The position numbers were made by a program, and so were the translations under genes. From positions 6,134 through 70,133 of the forward strand of contig JAAZYG010000039.1 of assembly GCA_014239775.1 (NCBI GenBank): 64,000 bases of DNA, in the 5' to 3' direction. The notes beneath the pieces were generated by a model, which was not told the DNA's origin, searched no databases, and saw only the letters and a list, made by a program, of their open reading frames with translations. Positions within the stretch are counted from its first letter, which is position 1. Each line of letters opens with the position of its first letter. The DNA is from Candidatus Uhrbacteria bacterium. Lineage in GTDB: Bacteria > Patescibacteriota > Patescibacteriia > UBA9934 > GWF2-40-263. This document shows, one piece after another, positions 1-10,626 of the stretch.

Positions 1-1
1 C

Positions 2-790
2 TGTCACAAATAAATCACTCTCTGCAGTTGTGCTTTCGTCATATGGCTTTGCAATTCCAAAATCACCCAAGCGCGCAATCCTTGTGTCGTCTGACATGTT
101 TTGTAAGAATATATTTGATGGTTTTACATCGCGATGTACAATCCCAACCTTACGCATAGCTTCAAGTGCCATAGCAATCTCAGATGCATATTCTGCAACT
201 TCTCTTAAATCCATCAATTCATCGCCCATTATTTCTTTTGATAAATCAGGTCCGTCCACAAGTTCTGTAACCAATCCTGTTATTTTATTTCCCTCAATAT
301 CTAACTCAATCTTATCTATGGCGGTTAAAATGAAGGGATTCTGCATTTTTGCAAGCATTTTTATCTCACGATCAAAACGCTTAACAGCCCTCTGATCGTT
401 AATGTTATTATTTAATAAAAATTTAACAGCACGGACCATACCATTGTGTTGATCTTGTACTGAATATACTGATCCCATTGCACCAGAACCTATGGAATCC
501 ATAATAATATAATCTCTTCCAAACTGATCTGTTATCATTTCACCAGGTTTAATATGGTCCTCTAACCATAATTCTGAATCAGAAAATTCAATATCTGAAT
601 AACTTTCTCTTGCTATATTTGGCAATGATAGTCCATCAATATCAACAAAGTGTGTTCCGGTTTTTTGATACGGTAATTTTGGATCAGAACCATCTTGTGG
701 CTCATTAATATTTTCATCTTCCTTAATATCGAATGTGTGATAAGCTTTTGCTTCTTCTGGATTGTAAGAATGCGACTCATGTCCTAACAT
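2..790 (-). CDS. Hanks-type Ser/Thr protein kinase (runs off the left window edge; absent from ORF track)
   Basis: Manual translation from ATG at 790: IGSGAMGSVY (Gly loop), RAVK, RFDREIKML, GIVHRDVKPSNIFL, LGDFGIAK; preceded by an acidic extension of about 90 aa. Confidence 0.93.
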   Translation of the reverse strand, partial: MLGHESHSYNPEEAKAYHTFDIKEDENINEPQDGSDPKLPYQKTGTHFVDIDGLSLPNIARESYSDIEFSDSELWLEDHIKPGEMITDQFGRDYIIMDSIGSGAMGSVYSVQDQHNGMVRAVKFLLNNNINDQRAVKRFDREIKMLAKMQNPFILTAIDKIELDIEGNKITGLVTELVDGPDLSKEIMGDELMDLREVAEYASEIAMALEAMRKVGIVHRDVKPSNIFLQNMSDDTRIARLGDFGIAKPYDESTTAESDLFVT

Positions 791-797
791 AAAAAGA

Positions 798-1094
798 TTA
801 ATTAGGTTTAATAAAATCTTCCTGTATTTCCCCCTGAACCATGTTTAAAAAAATATCTGTCAATGCATTGGCACGTTCATTTGTTTTTAATTCTTCCATT
901 GCTCGCTTGTATAAATCTTCTGATTCATAAAGCAGAGCTTCTTCTATCTCCATATTATACCCTTTTTTTCGAACATGTCGCTCTAATTTTATTGCTGGAA
1001 ACTTTTTCATCATTGCATCAGTTTCCTTTGTCATTACCATCCATCTCAAATAATCCTTCTCTGCAATATTATATTTATAAATCCTAGTATACAT
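798..1094 (-). CDS. Hypothetical protein, possible dimeric alpha+beta barrel (DUF1428/NIPSNAP-like)
   Basis: 98-aa ORF packed between secA and the kinase; fold guess from sequence pattern only. Confidence 0.6.
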   Translation of the reverse strand: MYTRIYKYNIAEKDYLRWMVMTKETDAMMKKFPAIKLERHVRKKGYNMEIEEALLYESEDLYKRAMEELKTNERANALTDIFLNMVQGEIQEDFIKPN

Positions 1095-1096
1095 AA

Positions 1097-3856
1097 CTAT
1101 TTACCATGACATTTTTTGTATTTTTTTCCACTACCACAGGAACACGGATCATTGCGTCCAATTTTTGAATGTCCTGAATTATTAACAACCTTTGACCCAC
1201 TTTGACCACCATTCATTGTTTTTGCAGCACCTGACAAGACAACACCTGCACGGTTCAATAAAGATTTACTCAACTCAGCTTGAACTTTCATGTCAACTGA
1301 GTGTTTTGCATACTTAAAAAACGTATAAGTTATTTCATGATTTATTGATCCTAATAGATGCTGAAATAAGTGATATCCCTCTTTTTTATATTCAAGAAGA
1401 GGATCTCTTTGTCCATAGCCACGCAATCCAATACCTGTTCTTAATGCACGCATTGCTTCTAAATGATCAATCCATAGCATATCAACCGCACGTAGAATTA
1501 CTGCCTTTTCAATATTATACAACTCTTTCTTGTCTTGAAACAAATCAGACAGCTCATCATACCTTGCATTAATAACTGTCATTATTTTTTCTATAATATT
1601 TGTTCTACCCTGAATAACATCTTTTTTGTCTTTTGATGCGGAAATCGATATGTTATTTATCTCATTTATTTGATTTTCATTAAGTGGAATTATCGTGTTT
1701 ACTGTTTCCGTAATCTCCTTAATATTCCAATCTGGTTTTTGTTTTTCTACACCTTTTTCAAACACCTCACCTGTATGAAACAAAACAACTTGTTCTACCT
1801 CACCTTCTATAATGTCAGTTATACGTGCCCGAATTTTTTCAGGTGTATTATCAAATGTATTTAGCACCTCAGACCTCCTAGCATATACAACTTCCCTATG
1901 TTTATTTAAAACATCATCGTACTCGAGAAGGTGTTTTCTTGAATCAAAGTTATGTCCTTCAACTCTCTCTTGAGCTTTTTCAACAGAACTTGTGATCATT
2001 TTATTTTCAATAGGCATGTCATCTGGAATACCAAGCTTGTCCATCATGCCCCTAGCTCTATCAGATCCGAAAATACGCATCAACTCATCCTCCATTGATA
2101 AATAAAATTGAGTAGATCCTGGATCACCTTGCCTACCAGAACGTCCACGAAGCTGATTGTCTATTCGGCGTGATTCATGTCTTTCTGTTCCAATAACATG
2201 CAATCCTCCCAAAACCTTAACACCCTCTTCTTCATCTGGTGTACATGGATTTCCACCAAGTTTAATATCAACACCACGACCAGCCATGTTTGTTGCAAGT
2301 GTCACAGACCCTTTGCGTCCAGCCTGTGCAATAATATCAGCTTCTCTTGTATGATTTTTTGCGTTTAAAATCTCATGCTTAACACCTTCTTGTTTTAGTA
2401 ATTCGTGCAGTAATTCATTCTTTTCAACAGATGCTGTACCAACCAAAACAGGCTGACCTTTTTCAGCTTTTTCTTGTATGTCTTTAATAACTGACATTAG
2501 TTTTCCTTTTTCGCTTTTATAAACCTTATCCACACTATCTAATCTACCTATTGGTTTATTGGTTGGAATCTCCACTACATCAAGTTCATATATCTTTGAA
2601 AACTCTTCTGCCTCAGTTGCAGCAGTTCCTGTCATTCCAGACAATTTGTCATACATCCTAAATAAATTTTGAAATGTAATTGTTGCAAGTGTCTGACTCT
2701 CTCTTTTTATTTCTGTACCTTCTTTTGCCTCTATTGCCTGATGTATTCCTTCTGAAAAACGCCTACCAGGCATTAGACGACCAGTAAACTCATCAACAAT
2801 TACCACCTCATCATCTTTTACTATGTAATGAATATCTTTTTTATAATTAGCACGAGCACGCAAGGCAGTATCTGCATAACGTTGATATGTTCCTTGATCT
2901 ACTGCGTACAAATTGTCTATACCTAGAATCTGTTCAATTTTTTCAATTCCTGCATCTGTAAGCGTAGAAGCTCTCATTTTTTCATCAATGTTGAAATCCT
3001 CATTTTCATGTAATACTTTAACTATATCTGCAAATCTGTAATACAATTTATTTGACTCCTCTGCTGGTGCAGAAATAATAAGAGGAGTTCTTGCCTCATC
3101 AATTAAAATAGAATCTATCTCATCGATAATCGCATAATGTAATTCCCCCATAACCATATCTTCTTTTGATTGAGACATATTGTCTCTCAAGAAATCAAAA
3201 CCAAATTGATTATTAGTACCGTATGTTATGTCAGCTGCATATGCTTCTTTTCGTGAACATGGCTTTGCATAATCCTCTTTAGCATGAAACGATCCAGTCT
3301 GATTGCTACTTGAATCATTATCTATTTCTGCATCAGCACCTTGCTCATACTTATATGATTGATCATATACAAAACTATCGAATTGCTGGATGCAACCAAC
3401 TGTCATTCCTAGAAAATCATATATTTGCCCCATCCAAATAGCATCTCTCATTGCAAGATAGTCATTCACAGTAACCAAGTGACACCCCTTGCCTTTCAAT
3501 GCATTTAAATACAATGGAAGTGTTGATGTAAGAGTCTTACCTTCACCTGTTCTCATCTCTGCAATTCCAGATTTATGCATAACCCAACCACCCATAATTT
3601 GAACATCAAAATGTCTTTGTGCAAGTGTCCTTTTTGACGCCTCACGCACAACAGCAAATGCCTCATGTGCTATATCATCAAGAGTTTCACCTTTTTTTAA
3701 CCTATCCTTAAACTCAATAGTTTTTTGCTTTAAACCATTATTTGAAAGCTGTTCTAGTTCAGATTCCAATATATTAATCTTATCAACCTCCTTTCTAAGA
3801 TTATGCAACATCTTCTTATTTGGGTCTCCGAAAAGTAATTTCATTATCTTGCTCAT
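1097..3856 (-). CDS. secA: Preprotein translocase ATPase SecA
   Basis: EMRTGEGKTL, DEIDSILIDEARTPLIIS, RRIDNQLRGRSGRQGDPG, C-terminal GRNDPCSCGSGKKYKKCHG. Confidence 0.99.
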   Translation of the reverse strand: MSKIMKLLFGDPNKKMLHNLRKEVDKINILESELEQLSNNGLKQKTIEFKDRLKKGETLDDIAHEAFAVVREASKRTLAQRHFDVQIMGGWVMHKSGIAEMRTGEGKTLTSTLPLYLNALKGKGCHLVTVNDYLAMRDAIWMGQIYDFLGMTVGCIQQFDSFVYDQSYKYEQGADAEIDNDSSSNQTGSFHAKEDYAKPCSRKEAYAADITYGTNNQFGFDFLRDNMSQSKEDMVMGELHYAIIDEIDSILIDEARTPLIISAPAEESNKLYYRFADIVKVLHENEDFNIDEKMRASTLTDAGIEKIEQILGIDNLYAVDQGTYQRYADTALRARANYKKDIHYIVKDDEVVIVDEFTGRLMPGRRFSEGIHQAIEAKEGTEIKRESQTLATITFQNLFRMYDKLSGMTGTAATEAEEFSKIYELDVVEIPTNKPIGRLDSVDKVYKSEKGKLMSVIKDIQEKAEKGQPVLVGTASVEKNELLHELLKQEGVKHEILNAKNHTREADIIAQAGRKGSVTLATNMAGRGVDIKLGGNPCTPDEEEGVKVLGGLHVIGTERHESRRIDNQLRGRSGRQGDPGSTQFYLSMEDELMRIFGSDRARGMMDKLGIPDDMPIENKMITSSVEKAQERVEGHNFDSRKHLLEYDDVLNKHREVVYARRSEVLNTFDNTPEKIRARITDIIEGEVEQVVLFHTGEVFEKGVEKQKPDWNIKEITETVNTIIPLNENQINEINNISISASKDKKDVIQGRTNIIEKIMTVINARYDELSDLFQDKKELYNIEKAVILRAVDMLWIDHLEAMRALRTGIGLRGYGQRDPLLEYKKEGYHLFQHLLGSINHEITYTFFKYAKHSVDMKVQAELSKSLLNRAGVVLSGAAKTMNGGQSGSKVVNNSGHSKIGRNDPCSCGSGKKYKKCHGK

Positions 3857-3883
3857 ACGGCGCCTATTATCAGTGTTTTTTAC

Positions 3884-3920
3884 AAAAAAATCAATGCCGA
3901 CCCTTCTAAGGTCGGCATTT
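3884..3920 (-). terminator. Intrinsic terminator after raiA
   Basis: AATGCCGACC/GGTCGGCATT stem; A7 on + strand gives a U-tract on - strand. Confidence 0.75.
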
Positions 3921-3925
3921 TGCTT

Positions 3926-4270
3926 TTATTTACCAGGTCTTTTTACTTTTTGTGACTTTTGCTTCAATTTGTCCTTATGCTCCTTTAATTGCCTTTTTGT
4001 CTGTTCTTTTACTTTGTCTATTGCAGCATATAGATCCTCCGCCTCCTCTGAAGCTATTATATTCTTACCTGGTACGTGTAAGTGCATTTCAGCACGGAAA
4101 TATGGTCCCTTAGAATGATGCTTTGTGGATTTACCGACTTCGACACGAATCTCATCGGCAGGGTCAAATTCCTCACAAAGCTTTCTTAATTGATCAACTT
4201 TTAGCTCAACATAATCATGAATAGCATCAGTTAAATCAATATTAGTACCTTTTATCGAAATTATACGCAT
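3926..4270 (-). CDS. raiA: Ribosome hibernation factor (RaiA/HPF)
   Basis: IKGTNIDLTDAIHDYVELK...AEDLYAAIDKVKEQ S30AE pattern. Confidence 0.92.
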   Translation of the reverse strand: MRIISIKGTNIDLTDAIHDYVELKVDQLRKLCEEFDPADEIRVEVGKSTKHHSKGPYFRAEMHLHVPGKNIIASEEAEDLYAAIDKVKEQTKRQLKEHKDKLKQKSQKVKRPGK

Positions 4271-4281
4271 ATAAAATATAT

Positions 4282-5244
4282 TTAAAAGCCTACATACTGT
4301 ACCTCTTCTTGTAGCAATACTCCAAATTGTTTGTGCACTTTTTCCTTAACAACAGCCATTATCTGCGCCACATGATCTGCAGTAGCTTCTGATGAATTAA
4401 CAATAAAATTTCCGTGCTTAACGCTTATTTGTGCTCCGCCGATTTTAAAACCTTTTAAATCAGCTTTGTCGATGAGCCAGCCGGCCGATATTCTCCGGCT
4501 GTCTCTCATCTCAATAGGTATATCGAAAATATTACCTAAACGTTGCAACTCATCATCATCTTTAATCTCATAATTTTTAAATAAACAACCTGCAGAACCT
4601 GCATCTAAAGGCTGTGAATCTTTTCTGTGTTGTAATTTTTCATCCAGCTCTTTTAATAACTTAGATGGATTATCTTTTTTCAATCTAAATTTAGCAGATA
4701 ATACAATATCATCTGAATGCTTTATTGATGATTCTCTGTACCCAAAATTAAGATCCTCTTTCTTTAAAGTAATGACATCACCATCTCTTAATACCTCTAC
4801 TGAAATTAAATTGTCTTTTATTTCTCCGCCAAAACAACCAGCATTACCACTAACTGCTCCTCCAATAGTCCCAGGAAGTGACACGGCCCAAACAAGCCCC
4901 TTTAATCCAGCCTTTGCTGTCGTTCTAGCCAATGACGAAGATAGTACACCTGCATCTGCAATAACAATATCCTCACTTATTACTTGACTGCGCATTGCAA
5001 TCTTTATTACAACACCATTAAAACCATCATCATTAACAAGCATATTAGAACCTCCACCAAAAACAAAAACAGGTGTCTCAGTTTGTTCTGTAATATTCAA
5101 CACACTCTTTAATTCGTTTACATTTCGCACATCAACAAACCACTTAGCAGGACCGCCTATTCTGTAATTTGTGTGTTTACTCATTTGTTCATCTAACTTA
5201 AGACGTATATTGAATATTTTTTTTAACTCCTCATTTATATCCAT
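4282..5244 (-). CDS. murB: UDP-N-acetylenolpyruvoylglucosamine reductase
   Basis: HTNYRIGGPA, GGGSNML, PGTIGGAV, SAGCLFKN, HGNFIVN. Confidence 0.97.
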   Translation of the reverse strand: MDINEELKKIFNIRLKLDEQMSKHTNYRIGGPAKWFVDVRNVNELKSVLNITEQTETPVFVFGGGSNMLVNDDGFNGVVIKIAMRSQVISEDIVIADAGVLSSSLARTTAKAGLKGLVWAVSLPGTIGGAVSGNAGCFGGEIKDNLISVEVLRDGDVITLKKEDLNFGYRESSIKHSDDIVLSAKFRLKKDNPSKLLKELDEKLQHRKDSQPLDAGSAGCLFKNYEIKDDDELQRLGNIFDIPIEMRDSRRISAGWLIDKADLKGFKIGGAQISVKHGNFIVNSSEATADHVAQIMAVVKEKVHKQFGVLLQEEVQYVGF

Positions 5245-5250
5245 ACGCTA

Positions 5251-6627
5251 TTACTTTACTAGATCACGTGCAAATTTATCAACATCACCTGCACCCATTA
5301 TGATTAAAACAGTTTGATTATCAAGTGTCTTTTCTAAATCTTTTTTAGCCTCTAGAATGTTATTTGAGTAAATAATATTCTTTTCTGCATTTATAGACCT
5401 AACTTTTTCTACTATTTGTTTCGATGAAATGTCACTTGCTTCATTTCTGCCAATCACATCATAAATTGGTAATAATAAAACTGATGCATCTATTTCAATT
5501 AAGGTGTTTACAAAATCATCGAATAATTCCTTTGTTCTTGCGTGTTGATGTGGTTGATAACACAAGACAATTTTTTTATTTTGAAATAACTCACACGCAG
5601 CACCAACTGTTTCTTTTATTGCAGTTGGATGGTGTCCATAATCCAAAACTACTTCTGAACCTTTCAACATACCTACTCGCTCAAATCTACGCCATGTACC
5701 ATTAAATCTTTTTAGGGCGTGCATACACGTCTCTGCTGTAACACCAAGCTCCATTGCAGCAGAAATAGCCGCAATTGCATTTTGTGCATTAAACATCCCA
5801 GGAACATTTAAAATTATTTCAGATAATTTTTCATCACCATTCTCTTTTCTGTATAATCCAAAAATCTGCTTTCCATCTTTCAGAACTCGGTTTTTAAAAT
5901 AATAGTCAGAATTAATTTTTACACTGTATCCAACAGACCTGTTGGATACAATCTTTTCTGAATATGAATCATCTCTATTTATAATTAACAATCCCTTACC
6001 TGTAAGTTTATCAATATATTTTTGAAACGTTTTAATCACATGATCTATTCCAGTATAAAAATCTGGATGGTCCATTTCAATATTTGTAAGCACCACCATC
6101 TCTGGTTCGATGCTCATCATGTTTGCTTTATATTCACAACCTTCTATGACTAAAAACCTTCCTCTACCAACCCTTAAATTACCGTCCTTAAACCCCGGAA
6201 CCAACGTACCCACAATAACAGTTGGATCATACCCAGCTTCTTCAAGTATCATTCCCAACATAGCTGTTGTTGTACTTTTACCATGTGTGCCAGTAACTAC
6301 TATTGTTGAATATTTTAGCGAAAGCTCTCCTATAAATTCAAAATAAGTTAAAGTTTTTATTCCTAACTGTTTTGCTTTTACAAGCTCCTCATTATCATGT
6401 GGTATAGCAGATGAATAGATAAGCAAATCAGTTACTTCTTCTATGTTTGAATCCGCATGTTTTGTATAAATTTTTATTCCACGTTTTTTTAAATCTAACA
6501 AAATATCAGTTGAACCCATGTCAGATCCTGTTACATTTTTATTATATGAAACCAACAACTTAGCAACAGCAGACATGCCAATACCGCCGATTCCGATCAT
6601 GTGAACCTTTTTATAGTTTTCCATCAT
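5251..6627 (-). CDS. murC: UDP-N-acetylmuramate--L-alanine ligase
   Basis: HMIGIGGIGMS, GTHGKSTTT, DYGHHP, QPHQ, MGAGDV. Confidence 0.95.
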   Translation of the reverse strand: MMENYKKVHMIGIGGIGMSAVAKLLVSYNKNVTGSDMGSTDILLDLKKRGIKIYTKHADSNIEEVTDLLIYSSAIPHDNEELVKAKQLGIKTLTYFEFIGELSLKYSTIVVTGTHGKSTTTAMLGMILEEAGYDPTVIVGTLVPGFKDGNLRVGRGRFLVIEGCEYKANMMSIEPEMVVLTNIEMDHPDFYTGIDHVIKTFQKYIDKLTGKGLLIINRDDSYSEKIVSNRSVGYSVKINSDYYFKNRVLKDGKQIFGLYRKENGDEKLSEIILNVPGMFNAQNAIAAISAAMELGVTAETCMHALKRFNGTWRRFERVGMLKGSEVVLDYGHHPTAIKETVGAACELFQNKKIVLCYQPHQHARTKELFDDFVNTLIEIDASVLLLPIYDVIGRNEASDISSKQIVEKVRSINAEKNIIYSNNILEAKKDLEKTLDNQTVLIIMGAGDVDKFARDLVK

Positions 6628-6868
6628 AAATAAGAATTATATAAACTATTTTCAACAATAATAATACATTGCTATAAATAAATAAATAAATAAAAAACAG
6701 GAATCATCCTAACTATTCATATTTATTTTAGTAAACTTATAAGCATGGCTTTAAATAAGCAAAATAACAACATTAAACATCTACTTAATCTAGATATTAT
6801 CTACCTATTTGTCAACCAATCAGCACTATCGTAAAATAGAAATCATTAAATTACGTAAACTCAAGAAT

Positions 6869-8110
6869 ATGTTGCTTTCTGACTTTGATCCTGAAATAAA
6901 AATTGCACTAAACAATGAATTGAAGAGGCAAGAAGAAAGTCTTGAAATGATACCATCAGAAAATTTTGTATCACAAGATATACTTACCGCACTTGGATCT
7001 GTTACAACAAACAAATACTCTGAGGGCTATCCTGGAAAAAGATACTATGGTGGTTGTGAGCACATAGACACAATAGAATCTCTTGCAATCGAACGTGCAA
7101 AATCATTATTTGATGCAGAACATGTAAACGTACAACCTCTTTCTGGCGCACCAGCAAACCTTGCTGCATATTCAGCCCTGTTAAATCCAGGTGATACTAT
7201 TATTGGAATGGACCTTTCCCACGGTGGTCATCTAACTCATGGCCACCCTGTAACTTTCATGTCAAAGATATGGAACTTTATTAGATATAAAACAACATCT
7301 GATGGTTTGATTGATTATAACCAGATCGAATCACTTGCCAAAGAACACAAGCCAAAAATGATTCTTGTTGGATATTCTGCTTATTCACGTGAAATAGACT
7401 ATAAAAGAATCAAATCAATCGCTGATGAAGTTAATGCATACACAATGGCTGACATTGCACATATTGCTGGTTTAATTGCTGCAGGAGAAATGAATAATCC
7501 CGTACCATTGTTTGACGTAGTCACAACAACAACACACAAAACCTTACGAGGTCCTCGTGGTGGAATGATAATGTGTAAGAAAGAACACAAAAAAGCAATA
7601 AATAAAGCAGTATTTCCAGGTCTTCAAGGAGGTCCACATGAAAATGTTATTACAGCAAAGGCTATTGCGTTTAAAGAAGCTGCACAACTTGAATTCAAAG
7701 ATTATGCTAAGCAAATAAAATTAAATGCAAAGATCTTGGAAAACGAACTTTCTGCAAAAAACTTTCAACTTATGTTTGGTGGTACAGACAATCATCTTCT
7801 ATTAATAGACATGGCATCAAAAAATATTACTGGCGGACAAGCAGAAACAGCGCTAAACCTTGCTGGTATTACAGTTAATAAAAATTCGATTCCTGACGAC
7901 ACTCGCTCACCAATGGATCCTTCTGGTATAAGACTTGGTACACCAGCACTTACAACACGTGGAATGAAAGAAGATGAAATGAAACAAGTAGCAGATTTTA
8001 TTAATAGAGCTATAATAAATTGGCAGAACACATCAGAACTTGAAAAAATTCTAAAAGAAGTCCATGATCTAACAAGTAAATTCCCTATTTATAAAAATCT
8101 ATCTTATTAA
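6869..8110 (+). CDS. glyA: Serine hydroxymethyltransferase
   Basis: IPSENF, NKYSEGYPGKRYYGG, TTTTHKTLRGPRGG, SGIRLGTPA; ATG at 6869 preferred over TTG at 6809. Confidence 0.98.
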   Translation: MLLSDFDPEIKIALNNELKRQEESLEMIPSENFVSQDILTALGSVTTNKYSEGYPGKRYYGGCEHIDTIESLAIERAKSLFDAEHVNVQPLSGAPANLAAYSALLNPGDTIIGMDLSHGGHLTHGHPVTFMSKIWNFIRYKTTSDGLIDYNQIESLAKEHKPKMILVGYSAYSREIDYKRIKSIADEVNAYTMADIAHIAGLIAAGEMNNPVPLFDVVTTTTHKTLRGPRGGMIMCKKEHKKAINKAVFPGLQGGPHENVITAKAIAFKEAAQLEFKDYAKQIKLNAKILENELSAKNFQLMFGGTDNHLLLIDMASKNITGGQAETALNLAGITVNKNSIPDDTRSPMDPSGIRLGTPALTTRGMKEDEMKQVADFINRAIINWQNTSELEKILKEVHDLTSKFPIYKNLSY

Positions 8111-8118
8111 ATACATAA

Positions 8119-8946
8119 ATGTCTACAATTTTAGATGGTAGCAAGCTGTCAAAAACAATTATAAAGAAAATTAAAACTAGAGTATCTAGTCTATCAAAGC
8201 AACCTGGACTCGCTGTTATTTTAGTTGGCTTAGATCCTGCATCTCATACATATGTAAACCTTAAACAAAAAGCATGTGAAGAAGTTGGAATAGCTTTTAA
8301 AAAAATAACTTATCCAAATTCTGTATCAGAAAAAACTATCATTGATAAGATTACTGAGCTAAACCATGATAAAAATACACATGGAGTATTAGTTCAACTA
8401 CCACTACCAAACCAGAATGTAGACTTAATCATCTCACATATTAATCCAAAAAAAGACGTTGATGGTTTTCATAAGGATAACCTACAAAAATTACGAGAGA
8501 ATAAACCGTCCATGGCACCAGCGGTCGCACTAGGAATAATTAAGCTAATTTGTTCCTCAGGAGTTGATCTTGTAAACAAAAAAGCTGTTATAGTATCTTC
8601 CAAATTATTTGCAGAGCCAATTGAAATATTATTAAAAGAATTAAAAGTTGACTCTTTTGTAATTAATTATAAAGAAGAAAATTTTGCTGAAAAAATAAAA
8701 ACTGCAGATATTGTAATAACTGCAATTGGAAAACCAGGACTGATCAATGAATCAATGTTAAAAAATTCTTCCATTGTAATAGATGTTGGAACAACAAAAG
8801 TGAATGGAAAAATACTTGGTGATGTAGTGATAAATCAAGACAATAACAATACTTTATTTATTACACCTGTACCTGGCGGTGTTGGTCCAATGACTGTAGC
8901 AATGCTTCTTATAAATGTTTTAAAAGCATATCAACTACAAATTTAA
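8119..8946 (+). CDS. folD: Methylenetetrahydrofolate dehydrogenase/cyclohydrolase
   Basis: LAVILVG, VQLPLP, KDVDG, TPVPGGVGPMTVAML. Confidence 0.96.
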   Translation: MSTILDGSKLSKTIIKKIKTRVSSLSKQPGLAVILVGLDPASHTYVNLKQKACEEVGIAFKKITYPNSVSEKTIIDKITELNHDKNTHGVLVQLPLPNQNVDLIISHINPKKDVDGFHKDNLQKLRENKPSMAPAVALGIIKLICSSGVDLVNKKAVIVSSKLFAEPIEILLKELKVDSFVINYKEENFAEKIKTADIVITAIGKPGLINESMLKNSSIVIDVGTTKVNGKILGDVVINQDNNNTLFITPVPGGVGPMTVAMLLINVLKAYQLQI

Positions 8947-8947
8947 A

Positions 8948-9394
8948 CTATGTTTTATCCTGAAGTTTAACTTCAGTTTTTTTAGTTTGAATCTTTGATA
9001 AGTGTCTATTTCTTGCTAAATAACCTCCTAAAATTATAATTGCTGAGTTTGGTAACTGCCACATAATTCCTCTTACATTCAAAACATCCGTCCACGGATA
9101 ACCAATGGACCATTGAGAATGTATTGCATATACGACAAGTGACAACATTGGCCACACGAGTCCATGTAAGAATCTTGACTCCCAAGAATTAATACTTTTT
9201 TTGAAAAAAAAGAATGCCACAATAAAAAACCAAGATGTTGTAAAAAATGAAGCTGCGTATGTCAACATTGGATTACGTGTTAACTCCAATGCAGACCACA
9301 TTAAAACAGCAACTGGATGTAATACAAGTACCAAAACTATAAATGTTATAAGCCATCTTTTTGTAAAGTACAATTTAAGAGTATTTAGGGTCAT
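8948..9394 (-). CDS. Hypothetical membrane protein (about 4 TM)
   Basis: Hydrophobic segments; ATG at 9394 follows the permease stop by 5 nt. Confidence 0.7.
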   Translation of the reverse strand: MTLNTLKLYFTKRWLITFIVLVLVLHPVAVLMWSALELTRNPMLTYAASFFTTSWFFIVAFFFFKKSINSWESRFLHGLVWPMLSLVVYAIHSQWSIGYPWTDVLNVRGIMWQLPNSAIIILGGYLARNRHLSKIQTKKTEVKLQDKT

Positions 9395-9399
9395 ATAAA

Positions 9400-10551
9400 T
9401 TATTTTATCAAAGTTGAGGTTATTTCTAAAATTATTCCACCAGTAAACAACATTATAAGTAGCCAGGTTAATATGTTTGGAAAATTTAAACATTTATGCT
9501 TTTTACAAACAGGACTTTTCTTTAGTCTCCAATACGTTAGAGCAATTAATACACCCAACACACCACCAAACACCGCACCAACAAAACCTATAATATCTAT
9601 CAATTCTCTTAAACCCAATAGAAACAGTAATACTGGCACAGAAACGACTGCAAACCATGCATGATTTTGTTTAAGATTATAGTCAAATCTAAAGGTGTTT
9701 AACAGCTCAATCCCCAATATTGTATAGATTGAAAGTATTGTTAATGATCCTAAAAATGTAGCCAATACTCTAACAGAATCACCAAGTATTGGCACTAATC
9801 CCTCAAACGCAGCTTGTGTTGTATCTGCCCCAGTAACCCCAACAACTGCTGCAGAAAAAAGTATATATAAACTAACTATAAGAAACATCCCCATCATTAT
9901 AACGTGACCAATTTTATTCTCTTGTTTAACACCCAATACATCCTTTAATTCTGGCACAATACCTATTCCTGCTAAAGAAAATAATACAACACCATATGGC
10001 AAAAATGCATTTGAAAAATTTATAGTTGCATAATTTGACATATCAATATGTGGAATGCTCACTAATATCAAAAATAGGAATAATAATAACAATCCTATTA
10101 CTATGATTATTTCTGCTTTTGCTGCAAATTCTAGGCCGCGATAAATAAAAAAACTGGCGATAGATGCGATTAATAAGCTGTAAATCATTTCTCCACCTCC
10201 AAACACAGGATTTAGTAGTATGTGCGCAAATTTACCTCCAACAATAATATAAGCAACCATTGCACCCCAAACACCAGCAGATATTGCAACGATTGTTACC
10301 TTTGACCAAAAATTACCTAAATATATTTTGACATAACCAACAAGCCTGTGTCTTCCCCTTGTCTGCAACACAACTTCAGCTAACATTAGTTGTAAAAAGA
10401 GCATTAGACTGCCTATTATCAAGACCTCCATCAAACCAAGCATGAAACCAGCTTTAGAAAAAACATAAGGCAAACCAAAAATACCAACACCAACCATGCC
10501 TCCTACCATTACGCCTACAGCGCGAAAAAATTTTATATTAAAATTAGTCAC
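9400..10551 (-). CDS. Aromatic amino acid permease family (Mtr/TyrP-like) transporter
   Basis: GGMVGVGIFGLPY N-terminal motif, about 11 TM; GTG start at 10551 avoids overlap with dnaB. Confidence 0.85.
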   Translation of the reverse strand: MTNFNIKFFRAVGVMVGGMVGVGIFGLPYVFSKAGFMLGLMEVLIIGSLMLFLQLMLAEVVLQTRGRHRLVGYVKIYLGNFWSKVTIVAISAGVWGAMVAYIIVGGKFAHILLNPVFGGGEMIYSLLIASIASFFIYRGLEFAAKAEIIIVIGLLLLFLFLILVSIPHIDMSNYATINFSNAFLPYGVVLFSLAGIGIVPELKDVLGVKQENKIGHVIMMGMFLIVSLYILFSAAVVGVTGADTTQAAFEGLVPILGDSVRVLATFLGSLTILSIYTILGIELLNTFRFDYNLKQNHAWFAVVSVPVLLFLLGLRELIDIIGFVGAVFGGVLGVLIALTYWRLKKSPVCKKHKCLNFPNILTWLLIMLFTGGIILEITSTLIK

Positions 10552-10626
10552 AACTTTTTCCCAATTATACCACAACTCTGCCCTTGATTTGCATTTAAAT
10601 AATGTTAAGATGCCATTGGAAAAAAT

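Noticed and set aside
6675-6697. (TAAA)n short repeat
   Set aside because: Short low-complexity run in AT-rich intergenic DNA; no spacers or evidence of function
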